The notes under the pieces are model-generated. The model was given only the letters and a program-made list of their open reading frames with translations, was not told where the DNA came from and did not search any database. A program made the translations under genes and the position numbers. A stretch of 64,000 nucleotides of DNA, taken from positions 21,448-85,447 of the IMG/VR virus record IMGVR_UViG_3300029267_003703. One strand, given 5' to 3'. Position 1 is the stretch's first letter; every line of letters begins with the position of its first letter. Shown one piece after another: positions 1 through 10,351 of this stretch. The stretch comes from a virus.

Positions 1-2
1 TC

Positions 3-1016
3 GGCAAGCGCCCATACGTCCCCTTCGACCATGACGAGATCGATCGGTACGGCGACGAGCCCATCCCCTTCCCCAACATCGGAAGCTACGACCCGCCCGG
101 CTGGGAGAAAGCTGGAGACGAGAACGGGGACATCATCAATCTGTTCGTGGACAGCTCCGGGTGGGGTAGCCCGTGCGAGTCCGCCCTCACCCTCGATCAG
201 CTCAAGCAAAAGCTCCACGAGCTCCAAGACAGCGACGAGACCTACGGCTACGCCATCACCGAGGTCGGCCAGTTCCAGTTCTACATCACCGCGTTCAAGA
301 GGACCGGTGAGCCCGAAGAGGAAGAGGTCGACGAGGAGGCGGCTGAGAGCGCGTGGGAGTATGAGAAGCAGCTCGAGCATATCCGTGACGGGGGCCTGTC
401 GATGCACCTCAGGTCGGACATCACTGCCGCGGAGACTCCGGACGAAGAGGAGGACTGGGCCCACAAGGTGTGGCGCTGGCTGTGGGAGAACGACCAGGAG
501 GCGTTGATCCTCGTCGACGACTACAGCTACATGCCGAACCTCACATGGCGCCGCGTCCTGCCGGCCATTGTCGACATGGACATGCTCGACCCCGAGTCGG
601 ACTTGATCCTGCGCGATGTGGACCTTGATGGTTACCGCTTGCTCATGTGCGACTGCCGAGAGCCTCACCGGCAAGGCAGGCCCCAGCAGGCCATCTACTA
701 CCGGCTGGTTCACCCAGACGGCTGGATCGTGTTCGAAGGCTCCGACTTTGGGGCCAACGAGACCGACAGCGACGACACCGTTCGAAGCCTCATCAGCTTC
801 CTCACGCTGCGGAAGGGCGACACTGACGATGAGTACTTCAAGGACTACACCCCAGAGCAGCTCGAGTGGCGGGACTCATCTGCTGAAGAGCTCAGCATGT
901 GGGGGGTGGAGCCCGAACAGCTCGAGGACGATCCATTCACCATGTACGAGGTCGACGGCGAGATGACCGTGTTCAAGCCGTGGGGCTACGAAGGGGCGGA
1001 GAAGGGCCGTGAGTAG
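3..1016 (+). CDS. acidic multi-domain hypothetical phage protein (5'-partial)
   Basis: The frame of ORF 147..1016 is open back to the window edge (GKRPYVPFDHDEIDRYGDEPIPFPNIGSYDPPGWE...). It is very D/E-rich and overlaps the next gene. Confidence 0.75.
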   Translation, partial: GKRPYVPFDHDEIDRYGDEPIPFPNIGSYDPPGWEKAGDENGDIINLFVDSSGWGSPCESALTLDQLKQKLHELQDSDETYGYAITEVGQFQFYITAFKRTGEPEEEEVDEEAAESAWEYEKQLEHIRDGGLSMHLRSDITAAETPDEEEDWAHKVWRWLWENDQEALILVDDYSYMPNLTWRRVLPAIVDMDMLDPESDLILRDVDLDGYRLLMCDCREPHRQGRPQQAIYYRLVHPDGWIVFEGSDFGANETDSDDTVRSLISFLTLRKGDTDDEYFKDYTPEQLEWRDSSAEELSMWGVEPEQLEDDPFTMYEVDGEMTVFKPWGYEGAEKGRE

Positions 1017-1521
1017 GAAAGACTACCGGGCTCTGGACCCCGCCCTAAGCGAGCAGGGGTGGGAGGTGGAGTTGACGAGCAACGGGCACGTCAAGGCTAC
1101 CCCGCCGGGCAAGGAGCAACAGATTGTGCACTACTCCAAGTCCAGCGACCCAAGAGCGTTCAAGAACACCCTTCAGAACCTTCGAAGGTCGGGGTTCGTG
1201 TGGCCCTGGCCCACGGAGTCCTATCGAGTCTCTGACGGCGAGGAGGCGGAGGAAGAACAGGAGGAAGTAGAAGTGGAACAAGCAGCAGAGGCACAGGTGA
1301 CGGATCTGCCAGTGCTTGATCCGGACCGACTCTACTACGAGTTGAAGGAGGCCCGAACCTACGCGGCACTGGCGAAGGAGGCGCTGGAAGAGTCCAAGCG
1401 CAAGTTCGAAGAAGCACAGAAGGCCCTTCGGGGCTCCGAAGAAGAGTACGAGCTCGCCATCGAGCAGATGAAGACCTGCAAGCATCTGTTCGACACGGCG
1501 TTCCACGAGGAGAAGCTATGA
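1009..1521 (+). CDS. HicA-like (dsRBD-fold) domain fused to an acidic linker and coiled coil
   Basis: N-terminal L..QGWEVELTSNGHVK resembles the HicA GW...GSH motif; C-terminal heptad pattern. Confidence 0.55.
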   Translation: MSRKDYRALDPALSEQGWEVELTSNGHVKATPPGKEQQIVHYSKSSDPRAFKNTLQNLRRSGFVWPWPTESYRVSDGEEAEEEQEEVEVEQAAEAQVTDLPVLDPDRLYYELKEARTYAALAKEALEESKRKFEEAQKALRGSEEEYELAIEQMKTCKHLFDTAFHEEKL

Positions 1522-1826
1522 AACAGCGGATGAACGCCTACGACGAGAAGGTCCTACACGAGTTTCTCGACAAGAAGGGCATCAAGACTGGCGGGCCCAC
1601 CAAGAAGGTCCGGGTCCGTCTCGCAGCTCTCACACGAGTCGAGTACAGCTGTGTGCTCGAGGTTCCGGCGAACTACCCCGAGTTCGCTGGCGAGCTGGTC
1701 GACCACTTTTACGCCGACGTGGAGGGTAGCGAGTACAACGAGGACCCCGACTTTTGGGAGAAGGGGCACTGCTTCGTGGAGGAGGTGAAGGATGGGAAGG
1801 ACGGGCAAGAGGGCGGAGAAGGTTGA
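1518..1826 (+). CDS. hypothetical protein
   Basis: ATGA overlap with the upstream gene; phage-like codon use. Confidence 0.7.
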   Translation: MKQRMNAYDEKVLHEFLDKKGIKTGGPTKKVRVRLAALTRVEYSCVLEVPANYPEFAGELVDHFYADVEGSEYNEDPDFWEKGHCFVEEVKDGKDGQEGGEG

Positions 1827-2094
1827 ACCGGAGACCCTCAAAGAGATGCAGATGCGAGGGGGGACTTGGGCAGCCTACCAGAACCACGACATGGGGCACT
1901 CGAACTTGGGGCACATTGTGTGCCTGCAGTACGGTCCGGGTTGCACCTTCGAAACGCCGCCCGAACGCATGCCGGACTCGCCGCGGATGGGCGTCATGTG
2001 GCGGTATGGCCTGATCGGGACGGTGAACATGGGCACGGGGGAGATCGAGCCGAAAGGAGGCAAGGATGTCGTACTACACGCTGGTAGGGACTAG
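1792..2094 (+). CDS. hypothetical protein
   Basis: GGAGG upstream; part of an overlapping small-gene chain. Confidence 0.65.
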   Translation: MGRTGKRAEKVEPETLKEMQMRGGTWAAYQNHDMGHSNLGHIVCLQYGPGCTFETPPERMPDSPRMGVMWRYGLIGTVNMGTGEIEPKGGKDVVLHAGRD

Positions 2095-2416
2095 GGCGGG
2101 CAAAAGCCCGGCCGAAGACTACTTCGAGATGCCCAATGAGGAGCGGCCGGATGACGGTTTGCTCGTGCCCCTTGGGTACGAGCCGTGGCCTTCCGCGAAC
2201 TGTCCGGATTGCGCGCAGAAGGGCCGTGAGCACCCGCTCGTTTGGGCAGAAGCTGGGTTCGTGCCAGGGCACCGCGTGTGCCTTTGGTGCGGAAGTCACT
2301 TCGAACTGACCACAGACCGTGCTCTCTACAGAGAGGAACACTTGCATGCGCCTCGCGAAGACACCGCCTCTCTGTGGGTGCTTCGACGCGCGCGGTTCTA
2401 CAGGAGGAGAGGATGA
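2066..2416 (+). CDS. hypothetical zinc-ribbon protein
   Basis: CPDC...CLWC pairs; AGGAGG SD; ATGA overlap with the next gene. Confidence 0.7.
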   Translation: MSYYTLVGTRAGKSPAEDYFEMPNEERPDDGLLVPLGYEPWPSANCPDCAQKGREHPLVWAEAGFVPGHRVCLWCGSHFELTTDRALYREEHLHAPREDTASLWVLRRARFYRRRG

Positions 2417-2964
2417 GTGAGTACCGTTGGTACGTGCGCCAGATGTGGATCGGCGTGCGAGTGGCGGTGCCCAAGCCCTGGATCACTTCCGACTACCATG
2501 CCAGTGAGCTCGTCGGCGTGATCATCAGGTCCGGCCACGTGCGGGCGGTCGGCCACTTCTGCCACACGTACGTCTCGTATCTGGGCAAGAAGCGGTACGC
2601 CGCCGGCGCCGAGGATCGCATCTACCCGTTCCACTCACTGACGCTCGAACCGGGTGAGGAGCCCAAGAAGCTCGAGCTCGTCTTCATCGGCTGGTGCTCC
2701 GACAAGGATACGCCAGCCTTCATCACCGGATCGTTCACGCCATTGAGCCTGGTGGGGGCGGCCAAGGACCCGGACAACGTCGAGGTCATCCCATCAAAGC
2801 TGTGGCTTCCGCAGTGGACCCCCGAGTACCTGCGGAAGATGTGGGAGACCCAGGGGGTGCTGCGAGCAGTAGAAGAACGCCAGAAGGAACTGTGCCGGCG
2901 CGGGCTCAATGAGGTGAGGCGCGAGGCCGAGGAAAGGAGGACGCGTGAGCTCGAACAGGAATGA
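2413..2964 (+). CDS. hypothetical protein
   Basis: Start reassigned to ATG 2413 (MSEYRW), after AGGAG and overlapping the previous stop. Confidence 0.7.
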   Translation: MSEYRWYVRQMWIGVRVAVPKPWITSDYHASELVGVIIRSGHVRAVGHFCHTYVSYLGKKRYAAGAEDRIYPFHSLTLEPGEEPKKLELVFIGWCSDKDTPAFITGSFTPLSLVGAAKDPDNVEVIPSKLWLPQWTPEYLRKMWETQGVLRAVEERQKELCRRGLNEVRREAEERRTRELEQE

Positions 2965-3193
2965 CCACTCTTGGGTGACACAGGAGATGTTCGACAAGAA
3001 GCTCGAGGAGCTTCTGGACAAGGAGACCGGAGGTTCGCTCCTGATGATTCCAGGACTGTACGAAGTCGTCAGCGAGCACTTCAACAACGCGGTGCTCGAG
3101 GCGTTGGAAGAAGAAAGAGACCCCAAGATGGGGCTCGAGCGCGGGGGTCCGGACGACGAGGACGATGACTGGGAAGACCCGGAGGACCCGTGA
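2945..3193 (+). CDS. small acidic hypothetical protein
   Basis: AGGAGG SD before GTG; GTGA overlap with the next gene. Confidence 0.65.
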   Translation: MSSNRNDHSWVTQEMFDKKLEELLDKETGGSLLMIPGLYEVVSEHFNNAVLEALEEERDPKMGLERGGPDDEDDDWEDPEDP

Positions 3194-3510
3194 AGGCCCC
3201 CCAGTGGCACTTCTACGTCCTTCTGTGCCGTGACAACACCTACTACGCCGGCATCACCACGAACCTGGAGGCCCGGCTCCGGCGACACAACGACGGCAAG
3301 GGGTCGAAGTACACGCGGGTCCGCTTGCCAGTTCGGTACGTTTTCCACATGACCTCCGAGCACATGGACGAGCGCTTGGCCAAGCGCGTCGAGGCCTCCT
3401 TCAAGAAGCTCGACAGAGGAGCCAAGGAACGGTTCATGAACAGGGAGGGGAAGACGTTCGACAGGCTCACCCGGGCCCTCGGATACGCCTGCTGTACCAC
3501 CTTCGCCTGA
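3190..3510 (+). CDS. GIY-YIG nuclease family protein (YhbQ/SLX1-like)
   Basis: FYVLLCRDNTYYAGITTNLEARLRRHNDGKGSKYT matches the family signature. Confidence 0.9.
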   Translation: MKAPQWHFYVLLCRDNTYYAGITTNLEARLRRHNDGKGSKYTRVRLPVRYVFHMTSEHMDERLAKRVEASFKKLDRGAKERFMNREGKTFDRLTRALGYACCTTFA

Positions 3511-3516
3511 CGGCGC

Positions 3517-3546
3517 GACGGGGGCGCGACCCGCCCCCGTCTTTTT
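3517..3546 (+). terminator. Rho-independent terminator
   Basis: Perfect 10-bp stem GACGGGGGCG/CGCCCCCGTC with a 5-nt loop, then TTTTT, 6 nt after the stop of the small-gene cluster. Confidence 0.85.
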
Positions 3547-3672
3547 AGCTACTGCTTTCTGTCGTTTGGGGTGGTACGCTGCCGACGACGGAAAGGCGCA
3601 GCGAGATGGGCTACGAGGACGCCAAAGCATTGACTTGATCTTCTTTTCTATCTACTCCATACTGCTCAGAAG

Positions 3673-3984
3673 ATGACACAAGAAGGCAACAGGTTGTCCG
3701 ACGAGGAGCGCAAGGGACTGCCCGCTCGCGTGGACATCTCCAACGCCTACGCGTTCATCAAGGGAAGCGAGGCTCAAGACAGTCTTGCGGCCCTCACGTT
3801 CGACGAGATGATGCAGAGGCAGGTCGACCGCCTGGAGGGAAAAGACGGCGGCCGGTCCGCGATCGAGCGCATCACCGAGATCGAGAACCGCCTGAACGCA
3901 GTCGTCGAGCAGGCGAAAGAGCAGGAGGAGAGCGATGTCGATGCCGAGGACAACGTCAACACCGAGGCGAACCCCAGTCAATAA
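3673..3984 (+). CDS. hypothetical coiled-coil protein
   Basis: 103-aa ORF after an AT-rich intergenic stretch. Confidence 0.65.
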   Translation: MTQEGNRLSDEERKGLPARVDISNAYAFIKGSEAQDSLAALTFDEMMQRQVDRLEGKDGGRSAIERITEIENRLNAVVEQAKEQEESDVDAEDNVNTEANPSQ

Positions 3985-4216
3985 TGGGGTCGTTCAGCGG
4001 CCCGTGGCAGTGGAGCAAGCCCAGCTCGAGGTGCTCGGCCAGAACTACCACATGCGGCTGGAGAGGTCGGAGGATCGGGTGAGGGCCGAGATCGACGCGG
4101 TCGGCATCGACCTGTTCGGCTTCTCCGTCGAGCACGTCCGGTTCAACATGGTCGCGTCCATCACGGCCCTGGCCAACTACTTCGCCAAGAACCGCCTGTC
4201 GGACCTCGCTCACTAG
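3935..4216 (+). CDS. hypothetical protein (start uncertain)
   Basis: GGAGGAG upstream of ATG 3935; coding-like 3' half. Confidence 0.55.
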   Translation: MSMPRTTSTPRRTPVNNGVVQRPVAVEQAQLEVLGQNYHMRLERSEDRVRAEIDAVGIDLFGFSVEHVRFNMVASITALANYFAKNRLSDLAH

Positions 4217-4262
4217 CCGGTTCCTTTTGGCGCCTTCGCCTTTCTGGTAGGGTAGACGCACC

Positions 4263-4925
4263 GTGACCGTCGACTTTCAAGTAGTCTACCCGCAGGACAT
4301 CGTGCAGCTCACGCAAGTCAAAGAGCTGTTCGGCTATGACCCCAGGGCACTGTTCGTAGAGGGGAAAGACTTCCGCCGAGTGGAGGAAGTGCGGATCAAC
4401 GACCAGATCTCCCCTCGGTACTCCATCATCTCGAAGAACCAGCTGGTCGCGCAGGTTCCCGATTCTGAGCTGGACCGGGACATCGATGAGGTATCGGTGC
4501 TGTCCGCGCGCCTCACCGTCACCCCAACGAGCATGTTGAGGTTTCGCATAGCTACGGGTGCGGGCTCTGGCAAGGTCGAAGGGTTCATGCGGCTGCTCCA
4601 GCTGTATGTGAAGGTCCTTCTGACCACCCCCGGCACGGACATCTGGATGCCTGGGATCGGGGGTGGCCTTCTTCAGAAGGTGGGAGGCACGGTGAGCAGG
4701 AAAGATGAGGGGCGCGGGCTCATCTCCGAGGCCGTCATCTGCTGCGACAACACGACGAGACAGATCATCGCCCTGCAGGCCCAGCAGCAGCTCCCTCCGG
4801 AGGAACGTCTGCTGTCGGCGAAGGTGGTCGCATCCGACTACGACCCGACCCTGCAGATGCTGACCGTCAGTCCGAAGATCGTGAGCCACGCCGGCGTGAC
4901 CGGCTACGCCACGCTCGTCCTTTGA
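4263..4925 (+). CDS. putative baseplate wedge subunit (Ig-like N-domain plus gp25/gpW-like C-domain)
   Basis: LLQLYVKVLLTTPGTDIWMPGIGGGL resembles the gp25 'L.T..Ge....P.fG..l' motif; immediately upstream of the J-like gene. Confidence 0.65.
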   Translation: MTVDFQVVYPQDIVQLTQVKELFGYDPRALFVEGKDFRRVEEVRINDQISPRYSIISKNQLVAQVPDSELDRDIDEVSVLSARLTVTPTSMLRFRIATGAGSGKVEGFMRLLQLYVKVLLTTPGTDIWMPGIGGGLLQKVGGTVSRKDEGRGLISEAVICCDNTTRQIIALQAQQQLPPEERLLSAKVVASDYDPTLQMLTVSPKIVSHAGVTGYATLVL

Positions 4926-4932
4926 GGTAGGC

Positions 4933-7900
4933 ATGGCACTGCGAGACTACGAGGCGTTCCTCCGCGAAAGGCTGCAGATCTGGGATCCCAATGTGGACGT
5001 GTCCCCGGGGTCCCCGATCGATGTCGAGGTCATTCAGCCGCTGCTTGGGCGGATCGGCAACGACCCGTTCTCGTCCAACCTTCCTCTGTTCATTCGGGAG
5101 AGGTTGGCGCAGGAGTGGCCGAACATGAACACGTCGGAGGGCAGCGCCCTCGTGGACCTGTTGGTCAAGGGCTCCGAGCTCATCTTCGACCCGGTCGTCC
5201 GGGAGACCAACCGCATCGCGCTGTCGCAGTCGCTCAAGGACCCTGAGCTGCTGACCACGGAAGAGGCCGACGCCCTGGCCGCCAACACGTTCTCCAACCG
5301 GACCCGGGGCGAGCTCGCTGTCGGCAAGGTGCGGGTGCGCTACGGTTCTCCTCGAGGCGTGAACGTCTCCCCGACCGACTACTTCCTGTCCAAGACGGGT
5401 CTTTTGTTCTACGCCACCAGCAAGCAGACCATCACGTCGCAAGAGATGCTGCTCAACCAGGAGGGCAACGAGTACTTCTTCGACGTGAACGCCATCGCGG
5501 AGGCCCCAGGTACGGCCTACAACATCGGTCCGGGAGAGATCTCCAGGGCACCGACTCTTCAGGGCGCTTCGAGCGTCACGAACAAGACCAAGTTCGGGGG
5601 AGGGCTGGACTCCGAAGGCGCTCTCGAGTTCATCACGCGCACGGACCAGGAGCTCAGCCATCGCAGCATGGGCGTGCTGCGCGGCATCATCCACAAGCTC
5701 ACTGAAGAGTTCGGCGGCATCACTCGAATCAACGTGGTCGGCTTCAACGACCCGGAGATGCAGCGCGACATCGTCAAGGGCGGGGGGCTTGGGCCCATCG
5801 TCACCTCGGGGGAGAACGCCTACAGCTTCCCAGACGGCTTGAACGGGGCAACCACTAGGCGCATCCGCGTGACCGACCCCGTCGACTTTCGCCTGCTCAT
5901 CGGCTCGCCGAACTTGGAGGTGGAGGACTACGTGCTGACAGTGCACGGTGCGTTTGCTGCGCCGCCGAGCATCCAAGACCTCGACATCACTCGAGTCATC
6001 AACGACCGCACACTCGAAGTGCGGCAGTCTCTGTTCGTGACGGGCCCCGACGCGCACCCGTGGGGTCTTCGGAAGAAGAGCATCACCTTGTCGAGCATCC
6101 CCGGGGGCATCGTCTTCCCGGACGGGGCGAACGGCGAGGTCAACATCGAAGACAACGAGATTCACATCGGCGGTCTGACCGACATCTACATCAAGGGCAG
6201 CTCCTTCGAGGACGGGTCCTTGGTACTCGACGCGGTCACGGACGACCAGCCGATCGCTGCCGGAACGCAGGCATTCATCCCGAACACCGCCGGCGTGGGG
6301 CAAAGGACCGTGGTCCTGCAGACCTACACGAGCGTGGGCCCGCCCACGCAGACGGGGGAGCTGTACTACATCCGAGATACGGACCCCGTCTACAACCTGT
6401 TCCGCGGCACCATCAACTTGGGCTGGGTCTTCCAGGTCACAGAGCCCTCTTCGGTGGCGGGCTTCTATCGGATCGTGGCAGTCGAGCACGTGACCGACCC
6501 TCTCGACATTCACTACGGCCGCGCGCGGTTGACCTTGGACGCTGACGCCGGCAACGGCAGCGGTGTTCAAGTCAACGACGTGGTGTGGAAGATTCAGGAC
6601 GACGTCGACGTCGAGCTCGCGGAGCCGAAGGAGACGAAGATCTCTGGAAACGACTTGCAGACGGGTGTCGGTTCCGACCTCGTATCCACCGCCACCGGGC
6701 ACAACTTCGACGCGCTTGGCGTGGCCGTGGACGACATCTTGCGCATCTACGACGGGCCTGATGCAGGGGACTACAAGATCATCGCCGTGCCCGCGCCGTT
6801 CACCTTGGTGCAGCTCGCGTCCCCTTTGATCACCACCAAGACCGGTTTGAAGTACACGATCTTCCGTCCGAACGCCGCCGGCGGGATGAACATGCCGCTC
6901 ATCCGCGTGCAGACGATCGACGTGCTCGACTCGAACCAGCAGCCCACTGGCTCGACTGTTCCTTTTGGGGCCCCGGTCTACGCCGAGACCAAGTCCTTCT
7001 CCAACGCGTTGAGGGGCAAAAAGGTCGAGATCCAAGACGGGACCCTTGGTATTGTGGGCCGGGCCTTCCCGACGAGCCTGTCACCGGCGCCGAACCTCGA
7101 CAACACGGGGGTGGAGGGAAAGGCCCTGCACATTCGGTGGCAAGTACAAGGCACCCTCGACAAAGACCCGCTCATCAGGTTCACCGATGTGCCGATGCCT
7201 GCGGTTGGTCCTGTCTCTCTCCAAGAGGTGGTCGACGCCATCAACACGCACATGTCGAACCCCGCCATCGCCGGGGTGGCCCCCGCCTACATCGTCAGCG
7301 AGAACCGGCTCGGTATCGCTCCAGTGGCCCCGTACACGGAAGTCGACAGCTCCACCGGCGGCCCGCTGCTGTCCTGCTACGAGAACTTGTTCGGAACGGG
7401 GGTCAGATGGCGGGAGCCTCTCACGTCCAGAGACGTTCGATCGGACGAGTTTCTGACACGGTACTACCCCAATCTGGGGTGGATAGATGACCGGCTTGGC
7501 ATCGATAAGCGGACGGACGTGGTGGATGTGCTGAACGGCTACCAGGTCGGCAGCTACCCGATCATGAGGGACCCCTGGATCCTCACTCAGGTGGCGGACC
7601 CTGAGTCTGGCCTCATCGTCGACACGGACCTGAACCCGGAGTCGGACAGAAGGGTGCGTGTGGGAGCTCGATCCATCGGGTACGGCCGCTTCTACTTCCT
7701 TGAGCCGGTCACCATCGAGTTCAATCAGGACACAGAGGGGACCGTAAGCCTGGACGACGGGACCATCCTTACCTTCCGTCCGGATCCTCTCATCAGTGCT
7801 GTGCGCATCCCGGCGCCGCCGAGCTCGATCGAGCCCAAGGATGGGTTCGTGACCGCCTACGTTCTGCCGGATGGTACGTTCAACAGCCCGAATGCCGAGT

Positions 7901-9099
7901 TCGTCAGCATGGGCATCCAGAGCGGGGACATCATCCGCATCGACAGGATGGACGTTCCGGTGTCCGGCCCGCTCACTGACCCGGTCCTGGCAATTGCGGA
8001 CAAGACTCTCGTCTTTTCTGTGGACGGTCACGCCGACGTGACCATCACGCTCCTGCAAACGGACAACCTGGGCAACATCGGGCGGCAGGAGCTCGCCGAC
8101 CAGATCAACTCGGCCCTCGGCGTGCCCGCGGTAATCATCGACAGCGCCAATCGCCTGACCCTGTCCGGGGACGTACCTGTGGTCCTGCGGTTCGACGACG
8201 ACACGGCCAACTCCGGCATCTACGCCATCCCAGGCATGCAGGCCATCGTCACCGAGGACACCAGCAACACCTCGGACATGTTCGGGGACTACCTCATCCT
8301 TCGGGTGGTGGATGAGCAGACCCTCAGGTTCAGGGCTATTCAGGGGCCGGCCGGCATCGTCACCACCTCTCCCTTCCAACACTACTCGATCGTTCGGCCG
8401 GGCGCGCAGCGCATCACCAGCACGCAGATGCAGCAGAACGAAGGTCCGGCGGGCCTGTACTACGCTGACGTGGAGATGGCGTCCAACGGCACGGGCGACT
8501 TGTACAACGTCGAGGCGGGCCTCGAGATGCAGATCGAGGGCTACTACACGTACGGCTACTACTTGAGCACGAACAACGAGGTTCTCACGTTCTCGGACGC
8601 TGAGGAGCCGGTCATGACGCTGCCCCCGGTCTACTTCCCCGTGGGCACTTCCGATGACCTGCGCAACGCCGTCAGGATCATCTTCCAGAACTTGCAGGTC
8701 AACTACCAGACGCAGAGCTTGGTGAGCGACGCTCAGAGCTACACCATGAGCGAGATCGAGCGCGACGTTTGCCAGAACCCGCTGGTCAAGCACCTGATCC
8801 CGCACTTCGTACGTCTGGACCTGGTCTACGAAGGCGGGTCGAAGGCGTCTGTGCTGCTGCCGGACGTCGAGGCGTACATTCGCAACACCTACCCCAACCA
8901 GCCCCTCGAGGCCACGGGCGTCCAGAAGCTGGCGCAGAACAGGGGCGCCACGTCGGTGGAGGGGCCGCTCGACCTCATCGCGGTGGTACACCGCACCGAC
9001 CGGACGGTGTGGTTGGACTGGTCGCAGAATCGGGTCAGCACCGGCCGCCTCTCTGCCTTCATCCCCGACGTTCTGAACCTCGAGCGCAGAAGCGCCTAG
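4933..9099 (+). CDS. large baseplate J-like protein
   Basis: N-terminal J-like features (NTSEGSALVDLL, R.RGELAVGKV, AIAEAPGTAYNIGPGEI, VTN..KFGGGLDSE) extended to 1388 aa. Confidence 0.7.
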   Translation: MALRDYEAFLRERLQIWDPNVDVSPGSPIDVEVIQPLLGRIGNDPFSSNLPLFIRERLAQEWPNMNTSEGSALVDLLVKGSELIFDPVVRETNRIALSQSLKDPELLTTEEADALAANTFSNRTRGELAVGKVRVRYGSPRGVNVSPTDYFLSKTGLLFYATSKQTITSQEMLLNQEGNEYFFDVNAIAEAPGTAYNIGPGEISRAPTLQGASSVTNKTKFGGGLDSEGALEFITRTDQELSHRSMGVLRGIIHKLTEEFGGITRINVVGFNDPEMQRDIVKGGGLGPIVTSGENAYSFPDGLNGATTRRIRVTDPVDFRLLIGSPNLEVEDYVLTVHGAFAAPPSIQDLDITRVINDRTLEVRQSLFVTGPDAHPWGLRKKSITLSSIPGGIVFPDGANGEVNIEDNEIHIGGLTDIYIKGSSFEDGSLVLDAVTDDQPIAAGTQAFIPNTAGVGQRTVVLQTYTSVGPPTQTGELYYIRDTDPVYNLFRGTINLGWVFQVTEPSSVAGFYRIVAVEHVTDPLDIHYGRARLTLDADAGNGSGVQVNDVVWKIQDDVDVELAEPKETKISGNDLQTGVGSDLVSTATGHNFDALGVAVDDILRIYDGPDAGDYKIIAVPAPFTLVQLASPLITTKTGLKYTIFRPNAAGGMNMPLIRVQTIDVLDSNQQPTGSTVPFGAPVYAETKSFSNALRGKKVEIQDGTLGIVGRAFPTSLSPAPNLDNTGVEGKALHIRWQVQGTLDKDPLIRFTDVPMPAVGPVSLQEVVDAINTHMSNPAIAGVAPAYIVSENRLGIAPVAPYTEVDSSTGGPLLSCYENLFGTGVRWREPLTSRDVRSDEFLTRYYPNLGWIDDRLGIDKRTDVVDVLNGYQVGSYPIMRDPWILTQVADPESGLIVDTDLNPESDRRVRVGARSIGYGRFYFLEPVTIEFNQDTEGTVSLDDGTILTFRPDPLISAVRIPAPPSSIEPKDGFVTAYVLPDGTFNSPNAEFVSMGIQSGDIIRIDRMDVPVSGPLTDPVLAIADKTLVFSVDGHADVTITLLQTDNLGNIGRQELADQINSALGVPAVIIDSANRLTLSGDVPVVLRFDDDTANSGIYAIPGMQAIVTEDTSNTSDMFGDYLILRVVDEQTLRFRAIQGPAGIVTTSPFQHYSIVRPGAQRITSTQMQQNEGPAGLYYADVEMASNGTGDLYNVEAGLEMQIEGYYTYGYYLSTNNEVLTFSDAEEPVMTLPPVYFPVGTSDDLRNAVRIIFQNLQVNYQTQSLVSDAQSYTMSEIERDVCQNPLVKHLIPHFVRLDLVYEGGSKASVLLPDVEAYIRNTYPNQPLEATGVQKLAQNRGATSVEGPLDLIAVVHRTDRTVWLDWSQNRVSTGRLSAFIPDVLNLERRSA

Positions 9100-9404
9100 C
9101 TTCCGATGATCGGGATGTCAGGCGGAACCCGTGCGGGGTTCCCCCGCTCTACCTCCAGGCCAGAGTGGGGGTCGAACAAGTTCCCGCACGAGCCGCACCT
9201 CAGTACCGCCCGCGGCACGAGCGTGCCCTGTCCGAAGATGTGCTCTTTGGACAGGAACTCCTTGTGTCGTTTGCCTCCGCAGCGGGGGCACGTCTCGTAC
9301 TGCCGGTACAGGGCTTCGTACTTCCGGTTCTCTCCGGACAGATCGTCCTCATACCCTTCAATTGCCTTGCGAACCTGCTCTGGGGTCAGGGTGACACACG
9401 TCAT
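9096..9404 (-). CDS. small zinc-ribbon protein
   Basis: CPRC...CGSC; fills the gap between + strand structural genes, with converging stops. Confidence 0.7.
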   Translation of the reverse strand: MTCVTLTPEQVRKAIEGYEDDLSGENRKYEALYRQYETCPRCGGKRHKEFLSKEHIFGQGTLVPRAVLRCGSCGNLFDPHSGLEVERGNPARVPPDIPIIGS

Positions 9405-9439
9405 TGGCCGATGGTATAACGGGGGGCGTAGGAGTCAAC

Positions 9440-10342
9440 ATGGCCTGGAGTGCTGCTTTTCGAATTGACCAAGTCGGGGGAGCTGGTCCAGCGCCCGGCC
9501 CGGACCTTGCCAGGACAGACCTTTGGCAGGTCCATAGGGTAGACCTGACTCCCACCATGGCCCCGCCGGGGGCCATCTACGAGTGGTCCTTCGTCTCCCG
9601 GCCGCCCGGGTCAACGGCGGAGTTTTTGGACCCCGGCACCGGCCTGCCGAACCCAAACCACGCCACCCCCTACTTCGTCCCCGACGTGTGGGGGACGTTC
9701 CTCGTACGCCTGGTACTGAATCAGGGCTCCATTCCGGAGAACGTTCTCGTTGCGGCCGTCAAGTTCAATCACGACGGGCGCGTCATGCAGTGCGGCTGGC
9801 GCTACCCGGGCTTCGGTGAGCAGCAGGACTACGCCAGCGATCCTCGAGGGTGGGCCACGGCGGTCGAGAACATCTTCGACAGCATCTGCGCTTCGCTGTC
9901 TGTTTTCATCGAGGTCGGGGGGACCAGCGCTGCCAGCGCAGGGCTTCGTGAAGCCGATCTATCTTCCAAGGACCAGAAGAGGACCAGATACCGCTCGATC
10001 GACCACACCGACACCGAGCTCGCTACTCTGGCCTCGGAAGTCATCGACAAGAAGAACTATCTTGGCGGCGTCCTGGCTCTTCTACGATACGACGATGGAG
10101 GGGACGTTTATCGACTGGCGTTCCTGGATCCGGTAACAGAGTCGATAGTTACCCACTGGTCGATGGAGGACTTGTGCTCCAGCGAGCTCACCGGGCCCAT
10201 CCCGTACGCCTTGGCAGTTCGCGGCCATTACGTGGCCGTTGTTTGCGACCAGGCGGTGATCTTGTGCGATCCATCCATGGACCTCATCGTGCCGGGGTGC
10301 ATGACCAACTGGCCCCCCGTGGTCACCATCCCCGAAGTCTAG
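9440..10342 (+). CDS. virion structural protein with PKD/REJ-like domain
   Basis: YEWSFVSRPPGS...PYFVPDVWGTFLVRLV is PKD-like; AGGAG SD before ATG 9440. Confidence 0.7.
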   Translation: MAWSAAFRIDQVGGAGPAPGPDLARTDLWQVHRVDLTPTMAPPGAIYEWSFVSRPPGSTAEFLDPGTGLPNPNHATPYFVPDVWGTFLVRLVLNQGSIPENVLVAAVKFNHDGRVMQCGWRYPGFGEQQDYASDPRGWATAVENIFDSICASLSVFIEVGGTSAASAGLREADLSSKDQKRTRYRSIDHTDTELATLASEVIDKKNYLGGVLALLRYDDGGDVYRLAFLDPVTESIVTHWSMEDLCSSELTGPIPYALAVRGHYVAVVCDQAVILCDPSMDLIVPGCMTNWPPVVTIPEV

Positions 10343-10351
10343 GAGGTCAAG

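Noticed and set aside
3630-3663. Strong sigma70 promoter from TTGACT
   Set aside because: The hexamer at 17-nt spacing (TACTCC) lacks the final T, and CATACT is too distant; support is too weak to list.
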